64,000 bases of DNA from Planctomycetota bacterium (GTDB lineage: Bacteria > Planctomycetota > PLA2 > JAEUHO01), in assembly GCA_965223505.1 (NCBI GenBank), contig CBDCWP010000026.1:96001-160000 (forward strand). The letters run 5' to 3'. Positions 1 through 8,881 of this stretch are shown piece by piece. Every line of letters starts with the position of its first letter. The stretch's first letter is position 1. A model generated the notes under the pieces. The model saw only the letters and a list, made by a program, of their open reading frames with translations. It searched no databases and was not told the DNA's origin. Both the position numbers and the translations under genes were made by a program.

Positions 1-205
1 AGGTGGTGAAGGAGATGCGGCCTTCGCGTAGGACGCGGTCGAGGATGCGACCGAGGCCGGGCTCGTAGATGGGGACCTCGCCGCCTCGGAGGGCGTCGAT
101 CTTGGCGGGGTCGGTGTCGACGCAGACGACGTCGTGGCCTGTGTCGGCGAAGCAGACGCCGGCGACGAGGCCGACGTACCCGGTGCCGATGACGGCGATC
201 TTCAT
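1..205 (-). CDS. ugd: UDP-glucose/GDP-mannose 6-dehydrogenase, N-terminal part (runs off window start)
   Basis: Reverse translation MKIAVIGTGYVGLVAGVCFADTGHDVVCVDTDPAKIDALRGGEVPIYEPGL: Rossmann GxGYVG plus the family PIYEPGL motif; ATG at 205. Confidence 0.9.
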   Translation of the reverse strand, partial: MKIAVIGTGYVGLVAGVCFADTGHDVVCVDTDPAKIDALRGGEVPIYEPGLGRILDRVLREGRISFTT

Positions 206-286
206 GGTGGGAGGCTCCCTTTGGTGCCGTGTTGGAGGCGCGAGGTGGAAGCGGAAAATGTTACCCGCGGATGGCCGAGGCGCTGA

Positions 287-314
287 TTGACGGGGGGCGA
301 GGTGTCCCTAGAAT
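287..314 (+). promoter_or_regulatory. sigma70-type promoter for tRNA-Asp
   Basis: TTGACG (287-292), 16 bp, TAGAAT (309-314), about 25 bp upstream of the tRNA. Confidence 0.6.
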
Positions 315-338
315 CCGGCCGCTGCCCTAACAAATCGC

Positions 339-417
339 GGGGGTGTAGCTCAGTTCGGTTTAGAGCGCCGGCCTGTCAAGCCGGAGGTCGCGGGTTCGAG
401 TCCCGTCACTCCCGCCA
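339..417 (+). tRNA. tRNA-Asp (GTC)
   Basis: Acceptor stem GGGGGTG/CACTCCC, D arm TAGCTCAG, anticodon arm CCGGC-CTGTCAA-GCCGG, T loop GGTTCGAGTCC, encoded CCA. Confidence 0.97.
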
Positions 418-421
418 TTCT
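366..421 (+). repeat. att core 1 (tRNA-Asp anticodon arm to 3' end)
   Basis: Identical to 21344-21399 and, through the CCA, to 26120-26171. Confidence 0.93.
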
Positions 422-525
422 CCCTGCGCGTCCCTGCCCTAACTCGCGCGACGTTGCACGCTTGGGGCCGCTCCCCTACCCGGGCGCCCGACCCCTTACA
501 TCTCGCAGCAATGTGCGAGGACGTG

Positions 526-570
526 CGAGGTCGTGGCAGAAGAACAGCAAAGAAGTGGTCATAGTCGCTT
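526..570 (+). repeat. 45-bp arm motif copy 1 (CGAGGTCGTGGCAGAAGAACAGCAAAGAAGTGGTCATAGTC[G/A]CTT)
   Basis: One mismatch to the four identical copies at 21503, 26280, 27972 and 34226. Confidence 0.95.
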
Positions 571-652
571 GGCGGCGCTTGCTTCGCGTGGCGCCGATGC
601 CAGTGGCGCGAGGTTCGCGGGACTGCCCGCCTCTGTCGGTAGCGTGAATACG

Positions 653-2050
653 ATGCGGGGTTCCCCTGGAGCATCCGTGACACAGGCCGGACACGAAGCC
701 GAGAGGCTGCTGAACGAGCTACTGGGCTCGTCGTTGTGCTTGGACTTCGTCCTGTGGTCGCCCCAGTTCGACGATCGCGGAACGACCAAGGAGGTGTGCG
801 ACCACGTTCTGGAGCAGTCCGGTCAAGCGATTCCGATCCAGCTGAAGACGCAAGATCCCGCAGCAGAGCGCGACGGTGCCCGCGAACGGAAGTGGCTTCG
901 GAAGCATGGCGGGAAGGCCGTCCGGCAGCTCTCCGGCTCGATCTCGACGCTCGCTCGCCGTGACATCGACGTTTCGCACTTGCGTCGCGGCAGCTTCACG
1001 ATCAAGGCGGCGTCACTGGAAGTGATCCACGCCGTAGCCCTCGTGGACTCCCAGCAGGTCGCGGCCCTTGGGCTTCCCACGACTACGTCGCAAGGGGTCC
1101 CCGCTCACACTCTCACCGTCGCCGACTTCGTCTGGCTCGCGAACGAGCTGATGACGGTCCCGGACATGTTCATGTACCTGGACCGCCGGAGCGAGACTCT
1201 GGGTCGCCTCGAGCTGCCCGTGGGTGCGGAGAAGGCCCTGTACGCCTGGTATATCACCCACAAGAACTCCTTCGCCGAGCTCCAGGATCTCCCGTCCGCG
1301 GAATCCGCGGCCGTGGACCTCTACGTCGGCGACAACCAAGCGTTCTACGAGATGAAGCGCCAGGACGACCGGTTGGCGAAGCACTACCAGGACCTCATTG
1401 ACGGCACGCACAACGTCAACCCGGAGCTAAATACGGAGATGCCCGCGGAACTGGCAGCGGGCTGGACCTGGGAGCAGGCAGAGCGCGACTACATCAGGAT
1501 CGCCTACGAGTTGAATGCCGTTCCACGTGCGTTTCGGCGCGAGACGATGCGCAAGTTCCTTCACAAGTGCGAACTGGCTGAGGGGTCGTGGCGCCCGAGG
1601 TTCTACAGCGAGTACTTCTCGCCTCGAGAGACCGTATTTGTCTTTGCATCGTTCGACGGAGAGCCACAGAAGGCTTGGACGTGGCTCAACGGTCTTGCGC
1701 GGGGCGCCTGGGCCGCGATCGCTGAAAGGGGCTACCCGGTTGCCCGCGTCGTCGTTGCGATGGTGCCGAGCCGCGCCGGCGGAGACGGTGCGTTCCGTTA
1801 CCTGCACCTGGAACCTGAAGGCGAACCGGGTCCCAGGGATCGCGAAGCAGCAGCCCACCTGTTCGGCGCGACCTTCTCGCAGGAGGTGAACGAATTTCCG
1901 CACTTGCAGGCCCGGCCGGGTGAACTCCGTACGTTCGGGCCCGTGCCCGGCGAAGAGGTGAGGGCCGCTGCCCAGCAAATGAAGATCGGACGCAACGCAC
2001 CATGTCCATGCGGAAGCGGACGGAAGTACAAGAAGTGCCACGGGGCGTAA
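653..2050 (+). CDS. Putative PD-(D/E)xK/NERD-like nuclease fused to a C-terminal SEC-C motif
   Basis: N-terminal KEVCD...IPIQLK nuclease-like motif; C-terminal KIGRNAPCPCGSGRKYKKCHG. Start moved to ATG 653 because the ORF-track start lies in the repeat arm. Confidence 0.7.
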   Translation: MRGSPGASVTQAGHEAERLLNELLGSSLCLDFVLWSPQFDDRGTTKEVCDHVLEQSGQAIPIQLKTQDPAAERDGARERKWLRKHGGKAVRQLSGSISTLARRDIDVSHLRRGSFTIKAASLEVIHAVALVDSQQVAALGLPTTTSQGVPAHTLTVADFVWLANELMTVPDMFMYLDRRSETLGRLELPVGAEKALYAWYITHKNSFAELQDLPSAESAAVDLYVGDNQAFYEMKRQDDRLAKHYQDLIDGTHNVNPELNTEMPAELAAGWTWEQAERDYIRIAYELNAVPRAFRRETMRKFLHKCELAEGSWRPRFYSEYFSPRETVFVFASFDGEPQKAWTWLNGLARGAWAAIAERGYPVARVVVAMVPSRAGGDGAFRYLHLEPEGEPGPRDREAAAHLFGATFSQEVNEFPHLQARPGELRTFGPVPGEEVRAAAQQMKIGRNAPCPCGSGRKYKKCHGA

Positions 2051-2155
2051 CGTACCGCCACACACACTGCCCCGCGATCGGCTCGCCGTCTCGGCGCCTC
2101 GTAGGAGGCCGCTACGGATCCGGCTGCGTCAGCTGTTTCCACTACGCTGAGTACC

Positions 2156-3004
2156 ATGTCCGACGTCACGACTGCCTGGATTCGCGCGACCGACGAAGAG
2201 CTGGCGCGTAGGGAGATCCCTGCGCGACGGCGCCCCTGGTCTGCCTGGAGCGAGTGGTCCAAGAAGAACGGACCATCCAGCCTGAGCGGCCCGGCCGCTC
2301 AGTTGATCTTCAAGTGGTACGAGGAGAACTACACGCGCGACGCATTCATCGTCGGGAGCCTGTTCACCGGCGCCCTCTACTTTGATCAGGGCATCTGGCC
2401 CGTCGAGGTCCCACTGGTTTACGGTAGGTGCCGTCTGGATGTGAACGGAATGGTTGCCAGCATGCCGTCCATCGTTTTCGAGCGCATGGCGAAAGACCAA
2501 AGCGCTTTCCGCACTTTCGCCGCCCTCGCAGCTGACTGCATCGACTATGGCCTGGGATTCGACGATCTGGCGAACATCAGTCTGGCGTCTTCGCTGGCAA
2601 CTAACATGTTGGTCAGCGCCGACAAGGAGCTTCGCTCAGCGGTTGTCTTGTTGCTGTCAAATCGTCCCAATCAGAAGGTTGCTGAGTCTGCGCGCTTGGC
2701 AACAGAGATGTTCCTGAAGGGCTTTCTCGCTCACTACACGGGGCTTGACGAGAGAGGTGCCAGGAACATCGGCCACAATCTGCACAAGGCCCTCGATGAG
2801 TCCCTTGCTCACGACCCGAGTTCGGATCTTCGAGTCCTTAGCGGTCTGCTGGGCCGGCTCCCGGCCATCGCCGAGCGGTACAGGGTGGCGAAACGCTCGA
2901 TCGGTGAGTTGTGGAGCGCCTACTCACTAGCCCAGATCGCCGGGACTGCCCTTGTCCGATCCCTCTCTGATCGAGACTGTCGGCCGAGCATGATGGTGTC
3001 CTAG
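2156..3004 (+). CDS. Protein with C-terminal HEPN-like domain
   Basis: ARLATEMFLKGFL...GHNL...ERYR resembles the HEPN helical signature. Confidence 0.55.
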   Translation: MSDVTTAWIRATDEELARREIPARRRPWSAWSEWSKKNGPSSLSGPAAQLIFKWYEENYTRDAFIVGSLFTGALYFDQGIWPVEVPLVYGRCRLDVNGMVASMPSIVFERMAKDQSAFRTFAALAADCIDYGLGFDDLANISLASSLATNMLVSADKELRSAVVLLLSNRPNQKVAESARLATEMFLKGFLAHYTGLDERGARNIGHNLHKALDESLAHDPSSDLRVLSGLLGRLPAIAERYRVAKRSIGELWSAYSLAQIAGTALVRSLSDRDCRPSMMVS

Positions 3005-3373
3005 CCACCGTTTTGGACTCGCCGCCCAAAGGGGTCTTCATCTTCAGCGTGGGTTGCTCTAGGTAGTTGCACGTCAGCGCCGTCTCTTATCGTCACTTCA
3101 AGCTCGCTGGCGCCTGAGCCGGCCGAGAATGGGATCGGGCCGCATCCACGACCGTGCGCCCGACGCTATTCCCGCATGTCATCTACTGCGATGAGCCCTC
3201 CGGCACCTGAATGCGCATTGTCTTCTCAACTGTCACTCGCGCGCAGTCAAGTTCCACGTGGCTAGTGGGGGCACGGAACGATCGGCAGAGCGGGGAATGG
3301 TCTGCAAGCGGTATTCCCTTGGTCACACTGGAAGCAGCCTTGACTCTGAGTCTTGGCTGGAATCAACCCGTCG

Positions 3374-3841
3374 CTACTTCTTGCCGTTGGAGCCTTCGTC
3401 GGTGTCCGCCTTCTCGGCTTGGGCGTCGGTGAGCACGACTTCGGCCTTCCTCAGATTCATGATGGGCAAGAGTAGCGGCGGCTGACCAGCACGGACGGTG
3501 AGGCTCCAGACAATTTCCCTCAGGTAAGGCCAGAGAAACGCAGGTGCGTTGGTGCGTGCGAACTCCTCGGGGGGCATTGAAGGCTCGCCGGACCAGTTGA
3601 ACAGCGCCCTCATCACAATGGTAGCGTCGATCGCTGCCGTTTCTCCGTCCGCAGACTCAGACCGCAGCCCCGCAGTCACGACAATACTGCGGGCCTCTTT
3701 GTCGACGACGCTCCTGATGGCGTAGTCCCACTCGGGAGCACTGAGCTCGCTCTCGGCGCTCTCTTCGACACGGAAAGATGCAGACCGGAGCTTGATCTCC
3801 TTGGCTCGATAGCCCGACGGAGAACTCTTCGTGCGCGTCAT
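3374..3841 (-). CDS. SecB-like chaperone
   Basis: NAPAFLWPYLREIVWSLTVRAGQPPLLLPIMNL matches the SecB C-terminal signature; start overlaps the upstream stop (TGATG). Confidence 0.85.
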   Translation of the reverse strand: MTRTKSSPSGYRAKEIKLRSASFRVEESAESELSAPEWDYAIRSVVDKEARSIVVTAGLRSESADGETAAIDATIVMRALFNWSGEPSMPPEEFARTNAPAFLWPYLREIVWSLTVRAGQPPLLLPIMNLRKAEVVLTDAQAEKADTDEGSNGKK

Positions 3842-4272
3842 CAGGCGGCCAAACTGAAGCCCTGCATATCTTCGTCACTCAAATCGTCGTCAGTGGATCG
3901 GGGGCTCCACGCATTGCAGGACCAGAACCACTCGGTGTCGTGGACCACGATCGGATCACCGTGCGCATGATCGAGAAAGAACTCTCGAATTAGGACTTGC
4001 TCATGTTGGTCGGGATAGTGACGCTTCGTCGCCGAACGGTAGTGCGGAATGACGGACACGTCACAAAGCCTAGACGACTCGACGTCGGCGTAAACCTCAA
4101 GCATGAAGCGAACGAACTCCTCGCCGACGCCATCAGGCAGGCCGAACACGTCGAGCACTGGTCCTCCCTCATCGACAGGGAGGCTGTGGTCGAGTTGCGT
4201 GACCACTTGGGGCCACCGACTTCGCAGCACCCGCGTGTAGTGGTTCAGGATTTCGTCGTCGCTGTTCGCCAA
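3841..4272 (-). CDS. Putative antitoxin with an aromatic/acidic C-terminal tail ending in LAA
   Basis: Lies between the HEPN and SecB-like genes, tightly coupled; tail TEWFWSCNAWSPRSTDDDLSDEDMQGFSLAA; TTG start. Confidence 0.55.
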   Translation of the reverse strand: MANSDDEILNHYTRVLRSRWPQVVTQLDHSLPVDEGGPVLDVFGLPDGVGEEFVRFMLEVYADVESSRLCDVSVIPHYRSATKRHYPDQHEQVLIREFFLDHAHGDPIVVHDTEWFWSCNAWSPRSTDDDLSDEDMQGFSLAA

Positions 4273-4274
4273 GG

Positions 4275-4703
4275 CTATGTACTCACGTTCATGCTACCGA
4301 GATACTCGGGGATTCGCTCCCAAAGGGGAGCCAATTCGCCGGCTTCCACATCGTCCGGCTTGTAGTCCGACTTGATCCTCAAATCCCTGAGGCTCCTCGC
4401 GAAGGGCCCAGGCGGAGTGCCACCGAGGAGCGACCCGGCGAGTGGTGCGCAACCGCAGACAACGTCATGCGGCCATTGGCCACTTGCGTCCCCAGCACCC
4501 TGTTTGAAATCGCCAGGGACGCTTCCTCTGCTGGTCATGGCACCGACTATCGCCTGGTAGATGGCGTAGTAGGCTCGGCTGGCAGCACCGTTCATTTGAC
4601 GCGCCCTGTGTAGGGCCCTAGCTTCGCGCCATGTTGCCGCAGCCTTGCGCTTCACCGGTCCACCATCTCCCCACACGGTCGGCCCCCCGCGGGACCGATC
4701 CAC
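4275..4703 (-). CDS. HEPN domain protein (putative toxin)
   Basis: SRAYYAIYQA...WPH...LRDLRIKSDY is typical of small HEPN proteins; start could instead be GTG 4655. Confidence 0.8.
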   Translation of the reverse strand: MDRSRGGPTVWGDGGPVKRKAAATWREARALHRARQMNGAASRAYYAIYQAIVGAMTSRGSVPGDFKQGAGDASGQWPHDVVCGCAPLAGSLLGGTPPGPFARSLRDLRIKSDYKPDDVEAGELAPLWERIPEYLGSMNVST

Positions 4704-4859
4704 AATGCTACACGGCCGTCAGGTCTTGAGACAAGCGGTTGACACCGAGCGCTCTCGCCCACGCTCCGTGGGCCCGTGAGGGCGATCTTCATCTCGGTGC
4801 GGCTCGCGAGGCGACGAAACCTGAGCAGGCAGCGTCCCGTTCCAGGACACCTAGCCTGA

Positions 4860-5020
4860 ACTCCGCCTCGGCCGTACGCAGGTCCAACAGCGCTACGTCT
4901 GTGTACGTCTTCATCGTCAATCCGCGAGTGCCACGCCAGCGCGTGTGCGGTTCGCGGATGCTCGCCGGGGGAGGACAGCCGCGTGATGTACGTCACACGG
5001 AAGGAAGTCCAGCACGCAAC
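4860..5020 (-). pseudogene. Frameshifted remnant of a tyrosine integrase C-terminus
   Basis: VLDF/RVTYITRLSSPGEHPRTAHALAWHS/LTMKTYTDVALLDLRTAEA aligns with the C-terminus of the integrase at 6220-7452. Confidence 0.8.
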
Positions 5021-5051
5021 CGTCATCGGCTTACTCGCGCCTAGAACGTCA

Positions 5052-5447
5052 TCACTTGGCCTTGCTGATACTCCCGTCACGTATGCGCATGCACCATCGA
5101 CCCTCTCCGTCCGACACGGATCTCGACCACTTTCGGATCTTGTCCCAGTACCGCAGCAAGGTGAGAGCCTGCTGGCGAGCACGGAAGTTGGCGAACCCCT
5201 TCCCCAAGAAGAGAATTGGGCGAGAGCAGTCCGCCCATGCTCTCCTCTCGCGCTTCCCACGATCAAGTGTGACCACTACCCAGCCCGTTCTCGAATTGAG
5301 CTTGAGGATCCACTCAGCGTCAGGCGTCGGGGGATCAAAACTCTCCGTAAGGTGCTCGTACTCTTCTAACTCACCCTCAAGTTGGGCCAGCCTCGCGAGG
5401 AACTCGACAATGGGTCGCGGGACGCAGTTGTCGAAGAAGAACTTCAC
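5052..5447 (-). CDS. PIN-domain toxin (VapC45/DUF5615-like)
   Basis: MKFFFDNCVP...TPDAEWI...WVVVTLD PIN acidic residues; GTG start overlaps the antitoxin stop (GTGA). Confidence 0.85.
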   Translation of the reverse strand: MKFFFDNCVPRPIVEFLARLAQLEGELEEYEHLTESFDPPTPDAEWILKLNSRTGWVVVTLDRGKRERRAWADCSRPILFLGKGFANFRARQQALTLLRYWDKIRKWSRSVSDGEGRWCMRIRDGSISKAK

Positions 5448-6130
5448 GCAGCCGATCGATCGTCCAGGAACTGCTCGAATCGAACAGCGGCGCGGACCTC
5501 CGCGCCGGATGCACCGTACCAAGATGCCGTCGCCTCCACACCAGCCCCAGAGAGTGCGTGTGCCGCAAGAACCTGAGTTTCGACTCCCGCGATCGAAGTA
5601 ACGGGACGTCCAAACCGGTACTCAGGAGAGACCATCACAAGATCACGGACGTCGTGTAGCCCCCTACCGGGGTTCCACTTCGCCACCAGCCCGTCATCGC
5701 CAAACGTCACATCTTGAAGGTAGGGGTCCAGAATCGCGTGCCAGGCTTGCTGATTCTTGAGTAGCTCAACGAGGAGCGGCTCCTCCTCTTCCTGCGTGAT
5801 CTCGAGGAAGATGGTCCGGCCGAGTGTCCGAATGCGTTGACTCGCAAACGGATAGTCCAACGCCCAGGTCGTCCGGGCGCGATGAAGTGCCCGCCGAATG
5901 GCCTGAAGACTGACGCCCCGACTCCGAAGAATGTGAACCAATCTAAGTTGCTGAAGATCCAGAAACCCGAGAACAAGATCATCGTCGTAGCGGGGGCGCC
6001 ACAGGGGGCCGTAGCAGCGTCCCTTGGTCTGGTATCCATGCGTCCAATCGCGGACTCGGCGACGCGGAACACCGGTTAAGCGGCTCGCCGCCGGGACGTC
6101 GTACAGGCCATGACCGAGGACGGCGCTCAT
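5444..6130 (-). CDS. HTH + DUF433 antitoxin (VapB45-like)
   Basis: LYDVPAASRLTGVPRRRVRDW HTH; VSPEYRFGRPV...ASWYG...VRAAVRFE DUF433-like; ATG at 6130. Confidence 0.85.
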   Translation of the reverse strand: MSAVLGHGLYDVPAASRLTGVPRRRVRDWTHGYQTKGRCYGPLWRPRYDDDLVLGFLDLQQLRLVHILRSRGVSLQAIRRALHRARTTWALDYPFASQRIRTLGRTIFLEITQEEEEPLLVELLKNQQAWHAILDPYLQDVTFGDDGLVAKWNPGRGLHDVRDLVMVSPEYRFGRPVTSIAGVETQVLAAHALSGAGVEATASWYGASGAEVRAAVRFEQFLDDRSAA

Positions 6131-6219
6131 ACAACAACCACCTCTTTCTCCTTGCTCATATCGTACGTCGGTGCATCGCGCTTGTGTCCAAAGCGCGGGT
6201 GAAGGCAATTGTAAGACGC

Positions 6220-7452
6220 TCAATCGACATGAGCGGAGAGGGTCGGGCCGCAAGTCAGGCGTTTCATACCCGAGGACGCCGATGCGGCGCCTGCCTCGAC
6301 GGCGGAATGGAGGTCTAGAAGCCGCACGTCGGTGTAGGTCCTCATAGTCAACTCAAGCCGCGAATGACGAGCCAGCGCCTGCGCTGTCCTGGGATGAACG
6401 CCAGCAGCCGATAGGCGGCTGATCATCGTGACACGCAGGCTGTGGAAATCGACGATGCGCCCCTGGTCGTCCTCGCCGTCGAGCCTGGCGTGCTTGAGAT
6501 CGGCGTTGACGGTGCCGTGGGTCGGGAACAGGCGGCCCGGGAACAGGGCGTCGTGCGGCGCGGTCCCGAGCCCGGCTCCATCAACGCGAGCGCGATGCTC
6601 TGCCAGCCCGTCGGCCACGTCGCTGCGAAGGGGCAGTTCCGTCTGCTTCTTGGACTTCGTGATCGAGGCCCGCACGGTCAGCGTGCGCCGCTCCTCGTCC
6701 ACGTCGGCCCAGGTCAGGCCCCGCAGCTCGCCCTTGCGAAGCCCGGTGCCAAGCGCGAATAGATACAGGTACGCCCGCGTCTCCCCCAGCCGTCGCAGCT
6801 TCGCTTCCTGCGGGGGCGTCACGCCAGTCCGTGTGCGCTTGACGCGTGCCCGTTCCAAAGGACGCCGTCGGGCGGCGTCGAGCAGCCGCTCGACCTCCTC
6901 GTCGGTCAGGGCGCGGCGCACACGACGTCGATCCGTTTCCTCGTTGCGGGGCGAGAGGCCCTCAAATGGGTTGTGCGACCAGCGGCGTGTACGAACGAGC
7001 CAGTTGCCGAACTGCCGCAAGGATGCGAGTCGCTTGTTCACGGTTCGCGCCGAGAGCCGTTCCGCGAGCTCGGCCAGCCAATGCTGCGCCTCCACCAGGT
7101 CGATCTGAGGCAGCGTGCGCGCCTTGGTCATCTCGAGGTACGTGCGGAGCGAATGAACGCGATCGCGATGGTGCTCCTTGCTCACACCGCGGCTCTTGAG
7201 GAACGCACAGAACTCGTCGATGTGCTCCTTCAGCGGTCGCTCGGCGTTTTCCTCGAACGGGTTCGCCAGCCCCACCGCCTTGCGTTCCTCGCGCTCGATC
7301 ATTTGCAACGCCCGCATTTCGGCCACACGCTTGTCGCGGGTACCGAGCGACTTGCGGATGAGCTTGCGGTTGACGTTGGCCTGGACCCAGTAGACGCGAC
7401 CGGTCTGCATCTCGCCCTGGCGGTTCTTGAACTTGGGGCGGTAGATCCTCAT
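6220..7452 (-). CDS. int: Tyrosine recombinase/phage integrase
   Basis: Catalytic R (GTGLRKGEL), K (ITKSKK), HxxR (FHSLRVT), H (LARHS), Y (RTYTD); ATG 7452 overlaps the upstream stop. Confidence 0.95.
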   Translation of the reverse strand: MRIYRPKFKNRQGEMQTGRVYWVQANVNRKLIRKSLGTRDKRVAEMRALQMIEREERKAVGLANPFEENAERPLKEHIDEFCAFLKSRGVSKEHHRDRVHSLRTYLEMTKARTLPQIDLVEAQHWLAELAERLSARTVNKRLASLRQFGNWLVRTRRWSHNPFEGLSPRNEETDRRRVRRALTDEEVERLLDAARRRPLERARVKRTRTGVTPPQEAKLRRLGETRAYLYLFALGTGLRKGELRGLTWADVDEERRTLTVRASITKSKKQTELPLRSDVADGLAEHRARVDGAGLGTAPHDALFPGRLFPTHGTVNADLKHARLDGEDDQGRIVDFHSLRVTMISRLSAAGVHPRTAQALARHSRLELTMRTYTDVRLLDLHSAVEAGAASASSGMKRLTCGPTLSAHVD

Positions 7453-7967
7453 TTGCCCGACTCCCGGACGGTCCCGAGGGGCCAGCCGTCGGGTCCGGGG
7501 GAACGGGACAGGCGTACGTGGCCGCACTCACACTGGAAGGGACCGAGGTCGCCCTCCGCGTCCCAGACCTCGACGTCGTTGAGCGTCGCGCGATGAAGCG
7601 CCATGCCCGAGAGGTCCTTGCCGGTGTAGAGCGCGGTGGCGCCGGCGCAGGCCCTGCACATGCGCCGCTCGTTGTCGCCGTAGTACACGGCGTGGTCGAT
7701 GAGAACGGCTCTCGGCTCGGTCACCTCGTCCGTAGCGACATCGCGCGCCGCCATCAGCAGCGCGTTGGCGGCCACACAGGCGTTGGAGAGGCCGTCGAGC
7801 TGATGCCGGTACGCCGAAGCAATGCCAAGTGCCTGCAGCGGCGCTGCGTTACTCAGAGCATCCAGAGCCTGCGCCAGTTCGTCTGCAAGCGTCTCAGCCT
7901 TGTCCCGGCCGTCGTCGAGCATCTCCGCCGCGGCGGCAAGCAGAGAGGCCCTGGGCGCGGCGCTCAC
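7449..7967 (-). CDS. Hypothetical protein with CxxC and CxC motifs
   Basis: ORF coupled to both neighbours by overlapping start/stop; CRAC, CECGH. Confidence 0.6.
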   Translation of the reverse strand: MSAAPRASLLAAAAEMLDDGRDKAETLADELAQALDALSNAAPLQALGIASAYRHQLDGLSNACVAANALLMAARDVATDEVTEPRAVLIDHAVYYGDNERRMCRACAGATALYTGKDLSGMALHRATLNDVEVWDAEGDLGPFQCECGHVRLSRSPGPDGWPLGTVRESGK

Positions 7968-8224
7968 TTCGCACCGCCCTTCTTGCTGGCCTCATCGATG
8001 CCGAAGAAACGAGGACCCGAGACGCTCGCGTAACCGGTAATCGCCTTCGCGACGGCGGTCAACGAGCGGTACGACGCGCCCTTGTAGGTGAAACCATCGG
8101 CCGAGACCGTCACGACGTGCTTCTTGCCCTTGTAGAGACGCTCGATCGTCTCGGCCTTCTTGCGCTTCGGTGCGCGCTTCTTCGCGGCCTTGCGCTTCGT
8201 CGCAGTCTTCTTCTTCGCGGCCAT
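7964..8224 (-). CDS. DUF2924-like small basic protein
   Basis: ERLYKGKKHVVTVSADGFTYKGASYRSLTAVAKAITG...SGPRFFG. Confidence 0.8.
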   Translation of the reverse strand: MAAKKKTATKRKAAKKRAPKRKKAETIERLYKGKKHVVTVSADGFTYKGASYRSLTAVAKAITGYASVSGPRFFGIDEASKKGGAK

Positions 8225-8409
8225 CACGCACCGCCTTCCTTCTCCAGGCGGCCTTTGAGCTCGCGCAGCAGGTCTTCGGCTTCCTCGCGCGTGTCGCACG
8301 CGCACATCAGTCCCTCGCCCAGGACGTACAGCCCGTCCTTTCGGCGCTCGATGCGAAGCGGCCCCGACGTGTCGAACGTCTCGCCGTCGCTGAAGGTCAA
8401 CTTGGTCAT
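8224..8409 (-). CDS. Small hypothetical protein
   Basis: MTKLTFSDGETFDTSG..., RBS GAGGAG, stop overlaps the next start. Confidence 0.6.
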   Translation of the reverse strand: MTKLTFSDGETFDTSGPLRIERRKDGLYVLGEGLMCACDTREEAEDLLRELKGRLEKEGGA

Positions 8410-8881
8410 CTCGGTCTCCTCGCGGCGGGCCGATTCCCGCCGTCGGGAGACACAAGGGCTCCGTATCGCGCACACATCCAGGGCTTCTCGGGGTTGAATC
8501 TGCGTCGGCCACACAGAACCAGAGATCGCCCTATCGGCGCCGCTAGGGAGATGTGAGGGGCGCGATGCGGGCGGCGCAGGAAGGGCCGGGGCGGGTCATG
8601 CGACGACCCCCGCCACGGCGGCGTGCAACGTGTCCAGCACGGACCTGGATCAATGGGCCCGACCCGCGATCCAACCCGCATCAAGTTCAGCCGGAATCGA
8701 TCCAGCCGGACCTGGACCACTACCTGGCCACGTTGCGGCAGGGCCCTACGGGACAACGGCGGCTGGGGGCGGGTGGTGGCAAAGCCACCCACCCCCACCG
8801 GCCGTCTTGGACCCTTGATCGACCTGTCCAGCCAGGACACTTCTCTAGGGGAGCTGGCTGGCTGGACACATCGGTACAATA

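Noticed and set aside
360..683. ORFs crossing the tRNA and arms (also 21068-21684, 25867-26436, 27797-28435, and the N-terminal extensions of 533-2050 and 20048-21439)
   Set aside because: Shared peptides such as RSWQKNSKEVVIV and GSDGTRTRDLRLDRP are translations of non-coding repeat or tRNA DNA.
6220..7452. Integron integrase with attC cassettes
   Set aside because: The protein looks like a phage-type integrase, with no recognisable IntI insertion, and the repeats lack attC RYYYAAC/GTTRRRY ends.
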